From positions 14,756,001 through 14,820,000 of the forward strand of contig OZ024748.1 in NCBI GenBank assembly GCA_964016885.1: DNA of 64,000 nucleotides, in the 5' to 3' direction. The DNA is from Eledone cirrhosa (lineage: Eukaryota). Numbering within the stretch: the stretch's first letter is position 1; each line of letters starts with the position of its first letter. Below the pieces are notes generated by a model, which was given only the letters and a program-made list of their open reading frames with translations, was not told the origin of the DNA and did not search any database. The position numbers and the translations under genes are program-made. Positions 26,053-38,333 of this stretch are shown here, in pieces.

Positions 26053-27117
26053 CAGTTAAGGCATCTGAAGGGCATCCAGTTATAAAAGACTTTCTCAAAA
26101 TTCCTGTCCAACACATGAAATTGAGTAGACAGAAACTGTTTGAAAGGCTACCGGATGGACTGTACCTGTAATTCATATGTCTAACGTTGCCACACACTGT
26201 GTTGTACTGAATCTTCCTGAGAACTTTGTTAAGTTTCACCTATATCTGAAATGCTCATCCAACTGTGCTATACAGATGTCTATTCCAGATGTCCAATGCA
26301 TGTGTTTGTATGTACGATATTTAGCCAAGAGAAAACAGGGACATCTGTGGATGGGATGAACACCACAACAACATACATCTACGAATACTGAGATGGTGGC
26401 TGGAATATTTTAGGCTTGTGCAGAACCAGGACAATTATCCAATGGAGAAAAAATGTAGGCTTGCGACTCACAGACAGACATCATTTCATGTAACACATAT
26501 ATATGACTGTATTAATAATTAGATTCCACTAGCTAGAGTGATTCCCAAGGTTACATAATGTGTTATAAGAATACATGAAGTAGCACAAGTGCTGTAGTGC
26601 TGTATATTGGAAATATATATTCTGTTCAATTTATACTCCAGCAAAAATATAATATAGCAGCATAAATGATCCATAATATTTACTGTATATATGAGGAATA
26701 CAGAATCGGTAACAAAATATATCAAATAAAAGGTATTTTAGGTGATTATATATATATATATATATTGGGTGGCAAAAGTCATTAGAATTTCGAATACAAT
26801 GCCTTGTGGTATTTAAACTCTCTGAGTTTAAATACCACCAAGGTCAACATTGCCTTTCAACCTTTTGAGGTTGATAAAAATGTACCAGTACCAGTCTAGT
26901 ACTCAGGTTGATTCTTCATCTATACCTCTTTCCCATTCTTCTCTCTCACTTTCTATCTTTCTTTGGAAGAAATCAGCTGCATTCACACCTAGAGAGGTAT
27001 GTGTTCTGCCAGGCTTGAAATACTCAAGAAACGGCATCCCTACAACTTCATGAGGAGTTACAGAACCATACAATGTATATAATGGAGGCAGTTAGGTAAA
27101 CCTATGTATACATACAT

Positions 27118-27161
<44 letters not shown>

Positions 27162-27349
27162 GAAACACACAGATACATGCGGACACACACATATATACAT
27201 GAATGCATCCGCACCCAACTGTGAGTTAAGGGTGCCAACTTCACCGATGTTGCTCAATGAATGACTGGGACAGACCAATTCAGTTTGAACTTTTTGGGAT
27301 TCTTTCTCACGTCGTGTAGACGCGTTCTTGAGACCAGTAAAATGAGGTA

Positions 27350-27437
27350 TCCTCTTGATAAGTCGGCAGACCTCGCAAGGACTCTATATCTTTGATATAT
27401 TGTTTTTGTTTATGCCACGAAACTACGTAGTCGAGGA
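27350..27437 (+). ncRNA. Type I hammerhead ribozyme, U3-A8 core variant with extended stem II
   Basis: Stem I tcctc/gagga; core TTGATAA; stem II gt(c)ggca/tgccac; GAAA; palindromic stem III actacgtagt; GUC cleavage triplet. Confidence 0.8.
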
Positions 27438-27506
27438 ATTTAGGAACAGTTTAGGTATGATACATTTTATTACTAATTATATCTAAATGTTTCTTCTCTC
27501 TTCATA

Positions 27507-27540
<34 letters not shown>

Positions 27541-27725
27541 ATAATAATAAATTTGAAGACTAAAATCCAAAGAGGACTCGATAAGGATAAATATATATCA
27601 AATATATAAGAACCATAGAGCAAATATTTATTAAAATAACAGATTGATTGACTTTGTTAGTTTCAGAAGATCCCATTAAGGGTGAAAGCAGCGATTCTTT
27701 GCTTAAACTTTAATCTGTTATTTTA

Positions 27726-27765
<40 letters not shown>

Positions 27766-27873
27766 GAGGGTTTTTTTAAATGAAAAAAAAACGAGATGTC
27801 CTACACGAGTGACAGTATAAGGAAAAGAAATCGAAAATCCAACTGGAGATTTTTAAAGAATATCTATTTGTTT

Positions 27874-27912
27874 CCTTTACTGGTTTCACAGTTCTTATGC
27901 TTTTCAAAAGTA
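27874..27912 (-). ncRNA. Minimal hammerhead-like motif, diverged copy of 38064-38102
   Basis: ctt-TTGAAAA-gca..tgt-GAAA-cca-GTA-aag on the minus strand. Confidence 0.5.
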
Positions 27913-28300
27913 GAATTGAGATGGAGGGTTTGTGGTTTTTCTCATATGTATGTATGCATAATTTGATGTGTGTCTATGTATATATGATCCATACATATTC
28001 TGTCTAATACACTTCACTCACAAATCATCAGTTACCCAAGGCATATAGAAGACATTTGCCAAATGTGATCCATGCAGTTGGACTGAACCTAAAAGCTTGT
28101 GGATGCAAAGTGGACATCTTAATCATGCAGCCATGCCTACACCTGTACATGAGTGTGCGTAAATGACTACACACACACACACACACAGATATGAATGTGC
28201 CCTATCTATCCATCTTTTACAATGTTCAATATTCAATGTGTCATATCACTATCATATAACATCACATGACTTTCACATACATCATAGAATTTGTCTTTCT

Positions 28301-28364
<64 letters not shown>

Positions 28365-29821
28365 AGAGAGAGAGGGAGCAACACATTCTGTTACCAACAG
28401 AGACAAGATCTTCAGAATTATCTGATTCACATCTCTACTCCTTAATCTATCAAATCTTTTCCTTATATTTATGCCTATATATATATATACACACACACAC
28501 ATATTTATATATACATATATACACACATATTTACATATATATGCATACATATACATATATATACACATTTTATATATATATGTGTGTTAATATATACATA
28601 CATCTGTATGGCTTATATGGTACTGCTAGATATCAAACAAGCAAAAGAAAAAAATGGGGGGGTAAAATAAAATAAAATATCTTGTCAGGAAGTGGAGTCT
28701 GGTGAAAAGATAGAAAAGTTTGAGGTAAAAAAAATATTCAATATATGCTTAAATGATTCCCCCCTCCAAATAAACATAAAATAGAAGAAAAACAAATGAA
28801 GGGGGTGGGAAATAGTATTTTGGTGAAACCAATATTGTATTCCTCATAGCGAATATTTCATCTGAAAACAGCAATATCTGGAACAATAGATGAAAGGGCT
28901 TTGATAAACCCCACTCGCACCCCATCAAAAAAAAACACCCCACCACAGAACAACAATAAATACAAACATATGAACTCATATACAAAACAAATGAATACAG
29001 CCAGATTTCTAAGAAAATATAGTTGATTTCTTCTTCTTCTTCTATGATATCACAGCAAATCCAAGACAAATATATAGTTCCAGTTTTTCTCGTTTCATGT
29101 TCCGACGAAAGTTTTGTTGTGTTGAAAATAATTTCAGATTTGTCATGGAGGCCTCTTGTGTACATTTGACAGGCTGTTATATCTCTTATTGATTATTATC
29201 AATCAGAAAAAAAAAAAAAAAAAAATAACTGTATAATAAATATTGAACCATAAGATAATATTATTTTATCTCATCATATTTTTTTTCATTTGCAACATTT
29301 TTTTCCCTCACTGTTGATTTTCTAACTGGAATCTTTTTATCCCAAACATCATCCATCCCTCATATATGTGTTTCAGCTTTCTTTTTTTAATATATTTTTT
29401 CCTTCTAATTCTTGTACCTTTTATTCTGCCTTCAAATAACAGACACCACTGCCAGATTCTAAGGGAGTCAACTAACAGATCTCAGCCCACGCCACCCTTA
29501 AATCTTATTTATTTTGTTCATAGATTAATCCTTGTATAGATTCTGAGTGTCTTCTCCCTAATAGCATTATGTATTCAATAAGAATGAACTCTCCATGTTA
29601 TGTATTCAGTCAGAATCAATCCAGCTGTGTGGCTTAGCGGTTAGGGTTTTCATTTCTGGATTAGAGAGTGCTTTGGGCAAGACAATTTATTTCATATTGC
29701 TTTTCATGATAGGGCTGGGGGCTCTATCATTAAAACACAAGATAAACCTCCTATGAGATACAATCTTGTTAGAAGCTAACTAAACCTGCAAAAGTGTGAG
29801 TTGTAACTATATATATATATA

Positions 29822-30000
29822 CTAGCTGAGTAGCCCATCGTTGTCAGGCAATAATGACAATAGTATGCATTTATTTCAATGTTTTTTTTTATTCTATGTT
29901 AGATGACACTCCCCCCCCCCCCCACACACACACACACCCAAAAGATAGTCCCCTTGATGAGGACAAATTTCTTCATTAATTGGGTCGATTTATAATGTTT
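29822..30000 (-). mobile_element. Possible Helitron 3' end; extent uncertain
   Basis: Minus strand gcctgacaacgatgggc-tactcag-CTAG|t, a degenerate hairpin plus CTAG terminus. Confidence 0.4.
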
Positions 30001-30670
30001 GTATAAACAATGTTTATTTTTTTCCATCTAGTGTATAGATGTAAAGATTTTTCTGACTTCCTATTCTTGAACATTCAACGTAAAACTGACCAGGTGTAAA
30101 CTGGCAAACGAAAATGAATAACAGATACCATTGCAAGGTTTGAAGGAAGTTAACTAACTCACTTTACTTTATCCACTCACTAATAAATCTTATTTATTTG
30201 TCCATGGATTAATTCTCATCTCATTCCTGATGTCTTCACTACAATAACATCATTAGTTGACTAATTTAACTGTTTTATAGTCAAATATTTAAAATTCACC
30301 AGGCACTTTAGAGAATGATTAATGACATACACACATATGTGTGTGTAATATTGAACAATCGAAATAAAACAAAAGTCAAAGATAGGTTCTTATCTTCAAA
30401 TTTTGTTTCATTTTCATTGTTCAATACATACATCATCATCATCATCGTTTAACGTCCATCTTCCACGCTTGCATGGGTTTGGACGGGAATTTTCCCACTT
30501 GACATATATATATATATATAAATGACTCTATAGCTCGAAAAGAATCTTTGAGGGAACCTTATATGATGAAAGCCTACAACAAAAACTATATATCTCACTG
30601 AAACTATCTCTTCAAGACTGCATTGAGTTCTAACAATGTTATAATCCCTATAATAAACAGGGGGATACCA

Positions 30671-30708
<38 letters not shown>

Positions 30709-31238
30709 AAGGAAGGGAGGTAAGGAACCAGGTGGACCATAATGCACCAGAGTACTCAATACTATGGGTAGTAGAGTGGGTAATAGCTAGTTCTGAACTA
30801 GCTGTCGAAACGGCCGGAGCTCAGCCATCGGGGACCTAACTCTCTTCATATATATATATATATATCATCATCATTTTCATCATTTCATTTTACGTCCGCT
30901 TTTCCCTGCTTGAAAACAATGCATGGTTTCAAATTAAGGTAATGACCATTTCACAGATGGGTGGTTCAGGATCTATTTAAATGTTATAGACCCAACTTCA
31001 GGCCAATTGCTTATCAATATATACACCCTCCCTTAGCATAGAGTGCAGATTTTGTCACCTTATGCAGTAAACAACAAATCTACTGAACCACCTATCATTT
31101 TAATATATAAGTTTATCCCAGATTCAATCGGGGGTAACCACAGTAAGTAAGGTAGTCAATACATAGCAGAGTATAAATATTTAATATAGAAATGGCTTCT
31201 ACTGGACTAGAACTGTTTCATTCGGGAGAAATCATCAG

Positions 31239-31289
31239 GGCTTCCTGATGATTTCTCCTGAATGAAACTGTTCTACTCCTGTAGAAGCC
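31239..31289 (+). ncRNA. Type I hammerhead ribozyme inside a fold-back cassette (31177-31306)
   Basis: Stem I ggcttc/gaagcc; CTGATGA; ttc/gaa stem II; GAAAC...GTA. Confidence 0.75.
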
Positions 31290-31443
31290 ATTTTTATATT
31301 AAATATATATATATATGTATGTATTTGACGAATGAGATACAAGAGTACTCAATACTGAAGTAGAATTTAAATGTTCATTTATTATGGTTAAGTAGTGAGT
31401 CTTGTTAATGTAGAGTTTCAGCTGCACCTGTGCGCACACAGGA

Positions 31444-31490
31444 TTGTCTGATGATCCTATGTGCAAGCAGGTGAAACTCCAGAGTAACAA
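31444..31490 (+). ncRNA. Type I hammerhead ribozyme inside a fold-back cassette (31377-31514)
   Basis: Stem I ttgt/acaa; CTGATGA; cct/agg stem II; GAAA; stem III actc-ca-gagt; GUA triplet. Confidence 0.75.
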
Positions 31491-31991
31491 GAATTACTAC
31501 TTAGCCATAATAAATTAGACTATATATATAGACAGTGTATTTTTTTTAAACAGAAATATATCTCTAAGAGAACGAGAATATGTACATATGAGTGTGATTA
31601 TATGTATGTGTTCATATGATAATGATTATATGTGTCTGTGTGTATGATAGTGATTATATGTGTGTGTCACTTATGTATGAGTATACTATAGAGTGTGTGA
31701 GAGTGTGTACATGTATAAACACCATTACTACCAAGTTATAATATACAGGAGCTGTTGGCAATATATTCAGAATTGAATTATGGGACAAAATATCATTAAA
31801 CAACAACACTGCACTTTATTCTAATATAAGATTGGAGAAATGGGTAATTTCTTAATGTATGCAAATCTCTGTACGTAGGTAGGTATGTATGTATGTATGC
31901 ACGTATGTATGTATAAGTAATTGGTGCCAATTGGCTTCTGTCACTTAGAATATAGTGATACACACACACATACCCACACGCATCCACACAT

Positions 31992-32022
<31 letters not shown>

Positions 32023-32358
32023 CCTACATATGCATGCACACAGTCACACACACACATTTATATAGATTTAAATATATATTAAGTACATGCATTATAGGTA
32101 CCTACGCAGATGCACGCAGGCACTCATGTTTGTGTATATATATATATATATATATATAGATGTGCAGGTCTGTACTTGTATATATATGCACAGATATACA
32201 TAGAAGCATACATCAAAATGTTCCTTTGTGAAGAATTTGTAAGATTCCAAGATACAGATCCATGACTAATGTATATAACTACATACTATTTATAACATGG
32301 GGTGGGGTTCTATTGTTTGTGCCTTTATTATAGAATATTAACCATTTATGGTGTTTAA

Positions 32359-32577
32359 CCCTTTAGCATTTACATTACTCTATATTTACTATTGTATTTT
32401 CATGGTAAACACTTTATTTCACATAATTACCTCATAATATTGAGTCTATTAGATTTTGATATTTATTTATTTAGAGAACATTACCTTAACATAAGTATGA
32501 GCAGCCGGTTATGGCCAATTTGAACAGAAAGAGGTAAAAGAATTCTGGCAGGATAAGACTGGTTTAAATGCTAAGGT
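32359..32577. mobile_element. piggyBac-like MITE, second family
   Basis: ttaa|ccctttagcattta ... taaatgctaaggt|ttaa. Confidence 0.6.
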
Positions 32578-32629
32578 TTAAAATTGGGGGATGGGGTCAC
32601 TCTGTTGTTTGTACCCCTGCTATAGAATA

Positions 32630-32848
32630 ATGATTTCTAAATTAGGCACAAAGCCAGCAATTTGTATGGTGGTGAAAGTTAATTACATTTACCCCAGTAT
32701 ATGAATGGTATTTTATTTTATCAACCCCGGAAGGATGAAAGGCAGAGTTGACCTTGGTGGGATTTGAACTCAGAACATAAACAGCTGGAACAAATACTGT
32801 TAAGCATTTGTTCGCCACTTTTAATGGTTCTGCCAATCTACCACCTCT
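32630..32848 (-). mobile_element. Meta-domain-like SINE, diverged
   Basis: ttttatcaaccccggaaggatgaaaggcagagttgaccttggtgggatttgaactcag. Confidence 0.8.
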
Positions 32849-33015
32849 GCTATAAAATATTAAATTATGTACTATGTTAAAAGGTTGAGGAGGGGTCTAA
32901 TTTGGCAAAAATAAAACAATTTATGGTTTTTCTTTTAAATTTCATCAAAATAATTCTAATCTACATATCAAAATATATCTCTGGAAAAGTTCATTAGAAA
33001 ATATGCTTAATTAAG

Positions 33016-33207
33016 GGCCAGTTGATTGGCAGTAATTGGTAGAGCATTGGACAACATGCTTTGCAGCATAGAGTTACGACCCTTTATGATTTGAGTTCAA
33101 ATCCCGCTGAGGTTAGCTTTGCCTTTCATCCTTACGGGGTCGATAAAATAAAGTACGAGTAATGCACTGGGTAATTGCTGGCCTTGTGCCAAAAGTAGAA
33201 ACAATTA
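33016..33207 (+). mobile_element. Meta-domain-like SINE
   Basis: Same head, core and 3' end as 12629-12814. Confidence 0.88.
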
Positions 33208-34349
33208 TTAGGAAAGTTATGGGAACCACATTTCATTTGGTGGAGCAATGAACTAGTGAAAACAAGAAATTAATGTGTCACATGTTAAGTATTTCCTGAT
33301 CCTCTAATTCTGTTTATTTAACCCTTTTGATACCAATACATGAATCTGCACGACCTAATGTTTTAGGTTGTTGACTTTACAATCGTAATGTTGTTAGTTT
33401 GATTCCTGGACAGGGTACTGCATTGTGATCTTGAGCAAAACACTTTATTTCGTGTTTCTCCAGTACACTCAGTTAAGAGTGAGTACAGGCAGTTAATCCT
33501 GTGATAGACCAATGTAGTGTCTAGGGAGTGTCTTGTGCTCTCAGTCACTTTCTGCCATAGAAACCAGGGATGAGTTCCAGTGTAATGAGCCTTCAGCTTA
33601 GAACAGACCTTGACTATAACCAACACACCCAAATCTGCCTCAGGTTCTATGAAACTAAACTATCCATTTTATAGGGTTCCTATGTGAATTAAAATCTTTC
33701 AACATAATTTTATCAGAAAAGTTTAATAATGCAATGATTAATAATTATAGTAAATCCATAAAAAAATCATACATTAATTAATTTGAAACACATGAATGTG
33801 TGGAAAAAGGGACATAAAAACGATGATGATGATGTGTTACATTAAAAATATGGTAATGGAATGTTTAAGGTTAGAGAAGCTAAGCAGAAATTTGTGGTAC
33901 AGATCATGTCCTCTTCTGATAGGGTGTAATGTACAGCAGTATGGCAGATATATGTATTAGTATATCCTTTCATGTCTATGTTATACTGGTGGGTAGATCA
34001 GATAAAGATGTTATCATATCTCTCCACGTGTTTACTATGGTGTATGTATGGCAGATAACAGTATTATTTTAATGAGTTGGTGCAGTCAATAATCTGATTC
34101 TGAAGCAGGTTAAATATAAAGTAAGTCTTTGGGGAATACTAATAGATGATTATAATTTGTTTGTGTTGTTACTGAATTCTTTTAAGCTGCTTACTCATGG
34201 GTGTTGAGTTCGAATCCATGGCAAGATATGTGTTGTGATTCTATCTAGGCATGATACCTAATCCTACATTACTTCAGTTGCTGGAGATAAAAATAATATT
34301 TTATCAAAGATGAGAGTTACTTATTACATGTTTAACCCTTTGATTACTA

Positions 34350-34535
34350 CGAGGGTTGACTGAAATGTTCATAGGCTTACTATGAAGGAGTAATGCTAGA
34401 GCTGTGAAATCATGCATGCATTGACTTATTAATAACTGCATTGTTTCATTTGAGCATTTGAGGGAAAAATAAACTTCATTTGGGCATTCAATGAGAGTAT
34501 CTTGGACAGCCTATGAAATTTTCTGCTAACCTTTT
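34350..34535. mobile_element. mariner-type MITE; second copy at 46868-47064
   Basis: ta|cgagggttgactgaaatgttcataggc ... gcctatgaaattttctgctaacc; homologous interior in both copies. Confidence 0.7.
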
Positions 34536-34627
34536 TATTCTATATTTCTAAGGAAAAAAATATTACGATTCTATCCATTCCTATCTCTATGGGTTTATAT
34601 AGCCAACTTGTACAAATATTTTTGTGA

Positions 34628-34877
34628 TGGCATGTGGCTTAATTGTTAGAGAATTGGATTCGCAACTGTGATGTTGCAAGTTCAATTACTGGACCAGGCA
34701 ATGTGTTATGCTCCTTAAGTAAGACACTTAATTTCATGTTGCTCCATCTGCCAGGAATTGCAACCAGTAGATAGTATCAGAAATTGAAAAGACCAATGAA
34801 GACATTGTTTCTTTGGTCTGATTTGACAAGTCCCTCCCTATTCAATAAGTAAACAAGGTCTGTGATCTTGTCAATTG
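34628..34877 (+). mobile_element. CORE-like SINE with a different 3' half; related pieces at 15335-15460, 20400-20500, 58292-58503
   Basis: tRNA-like head, aagacacttaatttca CORE block, then ttgcaacc..gatagta..aagaccaa..cattgtttc(c/t)ttggtc..tttgac. Confidence 0.7.
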
Positions 34878-34994
34878 TACAACTATTTTATAGTTAAATT
34901 TGCATTGGAGCAGCTTACATAAAGTTAACATACTTTCAATATTATAAAGTGTATTTATTTGGAGAGAAATGTGGATGGAAGTGTAGAGAAATCT

Positions 34995-35490
34995 TGTGTG
35001 TATGTGTGTGTGGCTGTGTGAGTGTGTGTGGCTGTGTGAGTGTGTGTGGCTGTGTGAGTGGGTGTGGCTGTGTGAGTGGGTGTGGCTGTGTGAGTGGGTG
35101 TGGCTGTGTGAGTGTGTGTGGCTGTGTGAGTGTGTGTGGCTGTGTGAGTGTGTGTGGCTGTGTGAGTGTGTGTGGCTGTGTGAGTGTGTGTGGCTGTGTG
35201 AGTGTGTGTGGCTGTGTGAGTGTGTGTGGCTGTGTGAGTGTGTGTGGCTGTGTGAGTGTGTGTCTGTGTGAGAGTGTGTCTGTGTGAGAGTGTGTGTCTG
35301 TGTGAGAGTGTGTGTCTGTGTGAGAGTGTGTGTCTGTGAGAGTGTGTGTCTGTGAGTGTGTGTGTCTGTGAGTGTGTGTGTCTGTGAGAGTGTGTACCTG
35401 TGTGAGAGTTTGTGACTGTGTGAGAGTTTCTGACTGTGTGACTGTATGAGTGTGCGCCTGTGTGAGTATGTAAGTGTGTGCCTGTGTGTA
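34995..35490. repeat. 18-bp (tgtgtggctgtgtgagtg)n tandem array
   Basis: Direct inspection. Confidence 0.95.
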
Positions 35491-35644
35491 TACTGAGCAA
35501 ATTACTCTGTGCATTTAAATGATTAAATCTTGGTAGAAGGCACCAGCAATGGCTTGAAGATAAATATTTCAGCTCACTGGTTCCAATATAAGATTTACAA
35601 GACAGGTCGAATGACTGCCTCATACATTCCATTTTTGGTACAAT

Positions 35645-36010
35645 ATCTACAGCTGGATGCTCTTCCTAACACCAACCACTTCATGATATATACCAAGTAC
35701 ATTTTAGTGTAGCACCACCACTACAGCTTTACAGACTGGGTTGGTGTATTTGTTATGGCACCAGCACTACCACTTTAGAGAGTGAGTAAAGTGTATTTAT
35801 CATGGCACACCCACTACCACTTTAAAGTCTGGGTTGAGTGAATTTAATTGTGGCACCACCATTACAGCTTTACAGAGAGGGTGAGGTGTATTTTTCATGG
35901 CACCAGCGCTATCACTTTACAGAGTGAGTAAAGTGTATTTATCGTTGGACACCCACTACCACTTCATAGTGCGGGTTGAGTGATTTTAATTGTGGAACCA
36001 CCACTACCAA
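35645..36010 (-). repeat. SINE fragment followed by a ~46-bp minisatellite derived from the SINE internal module
   Basis: ctacagctggatgctcttcctaacaccaacc, then ~7 units of gcacc..cactaccactttacagagtgag..gtgtattt. Confidence 0.7.
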
Positions 36011-36514
36011 TTTTCAACACTAGGGTGCTCATTGAGTGCTTGGCCAGGCTGAGGGGGACAGTGATATGAAGGGGGATGATATATGGTCTTGCTTGTTGAA
36101 AGAGGGGGTGAGAGAGAGAAGAGGCCTTATGTTTCATTTTCATTTCTATATTGATCTCTCTCTCTCCCTCTCTCTCATCACACACAACACAAAACCTTCA
36201 CTTCATGTTAAGAATATTCTGGTTGTTGCTAGCTTCGTTCCTGTAAATATAGACTTACAGCATTACTACACAGAACAACAAACCTGAAGAATGATGTCGT
36301 AACAGAAGAAAGAAAGAAAGCAAGAGTTCTAGATGTTAGCATATCATAAATTTGCTTTGAAAATAATAAGAATGTTATTTATTCGTAAGTTACTCAGAAA
36401 TGAAAAAGGTAGGGGTAATCTATGTCTGTGTGTCTGCTAGAGAAAGAGTTGGGGGAGGGGCGGAAGTTTCTACAGCTATAGCACCACAGTTCTGCCTATG
36501 TGTAAATGATGATG

Positions 36515-36551
<37 letters not shown>

Positions 36552-37261
36552 TTAAAAACATACCGAAAGTAAAAACGATGAAGCAGATATTTGAGAGTGA
36601 CAGCCTTGATGGAAAAATTGTTGTTAACGATATATTATTTAATAGATGTTATAATTAGGTAAGGTATAAATTGTTATGATAACACAGATGGTGATGATGG
36701 CAGAGGGAGGGGGAAGAGCTAATTATCTTTAATAACTCTTTAGTATATTTCCTACTCTTTCAAGAACTATGTCTAATGTACTCTAAAAGATGACAACATT
36801 TCCCAAATCTTTGATGTAAACACTTCCATGATAAGAATGTATATTTTGTGTGTTTATGTGAGCGTGTGTGTGTATATATATACCATTGTACGTCTAACTA
36901 AGGTAAGATTATGTGTGTGTATGTATGAATATATATATATATATACACACACAGACACACGCACACACACACACAAACACACACATATATATAGTTTTTG
37001 GTGTGATGGTAAGACACATAACTTAGTGGTTAAGGTATTTGGCACACAATTACAAGGTTTCATGTATATATATATCATCATCACCATCAGCACCATTTAA
37101 TGTCCATTTTCTAAACTAGCATGGGTTAGTAAGGTTGTCCTATTTGAGGCATATCAGGTCAGATGTCTTTCTCATACAAAACTGATTTTGGTTTGTGATG
37201 CCAACCACATTTACATTGAATACTGGGTGTTTTTCGTCATGATACCTACATGATCACAATA

Positions 37262-37500
37262 CATGTGATGTGCATGGATGATGATTGTTGGGTGAAGAAG
37301 TGCCAGGAAATCCCAGAGGTAGGGAACTGCAATAGAAGTAGACCAAGGAAGACCTGGGCAGAGGTGCTGAGAACTAATCTCAAATCACTAAATCTGACAG
37401 AGCAGATGGCGAAGTAATGTGAAGAGTGGAGGGGCACTGTGCTGAAAAGGACCCATCCAATCTATTGAAGCATGAAAAAAAAGGACATAAAAGTGAAGAT
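37262..37500 (+). mobile_element. Degenerate RTE LINE 3' fragment, same family as 3581-3789
   Basis: gaagaagtgccaggaaat..agaccaaggaagacctgggcagaggtg (RPRKTWAEV) with an in-frame stop. Confidence 0.75.
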
Positions 37501-38063
37501 ATTTATATAAAATGTGTGTGTGTAAAAGTGGTCGTGTAGATGACACAGCACAAAGCACCCAGCACACACTGTAAATGTGGTTGGCGTTTGGAAAAGCATC
37601 CAGCCATAGAAAACAAGCTAAAATCATTTTTGTGTGAGTGAATCATGGTCCCTTAACATGATCCCTCACAAAGGGATAGCCCATCCTACCCATGCTAGTG
37701 TGGAAGGCGGATGTTAAATGATGATGATGATGACTATATGTATGTGTGTGCGTGTTCAAAATTGTAAGAAAGCCAAGGATAAGAAATTATTATTTATTCA
37801 TACATCTCTATAAACGTTTCTATATGACTAGATTATCACGTACATCAAGCTTATCTCATCTTACCAAAGAAAATAGTGAAGTACTACACCATAACCTCTC
37901 ACACACACACACACATATATATATATAAGAAAGTGAGGTTTTTTTACAAAATGAAAAATAACCGAGGTGTCCTACACGAGTGAAAGTATAAAGAAAAAAA
38001 GATGAAATCGAAAATTCAACTGGAGTCTTATTTTTTTTTTTAAATATATATATTTATTTGGTT

Positions 38064-38102
38064 CCTTTACCGGTTTCGCAGTTCTTCTGCTTTTCAAAAG
38101 TA
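38064..38102 (-). ncRNA. Minimal type I hammerhead ribozyme, U3-A8 variant
   Basis: ctt-TTGAAAA-gcag/ctgc stem II-GAAA-palindromic accggt-GUA-aag; stem I only 3 bp. Confidence 0.65.
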
Positions 38103-38269
38103 GAGTTGAGAGTGTGTATGTGTGTTAAAAATTGTAAGAAAGCCCAGGATAAGAAATTATTATTTATTCATACATCTCTATAAACGTTTCTATATGACTA
38201 GATTATCACGTACATCAAGCTTATCTCATCTTACCAAAGAAAATAGTGAAGTACTACACTATAACCTCT

Positions 38270-38333
<64 letters not shown>

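Noticed and set aside
28749-29165. 138-aa minus-strand ORF
   Set aside because: No recognisable domain, low-complexity T-rich second half, no clear splice signals
37800-37860. Further hammerhead-like words here and at 21645-21690, 28255-28300, 28400-28440
   Set aside because: Core boxes or stems too degenerate to distinguish from chance
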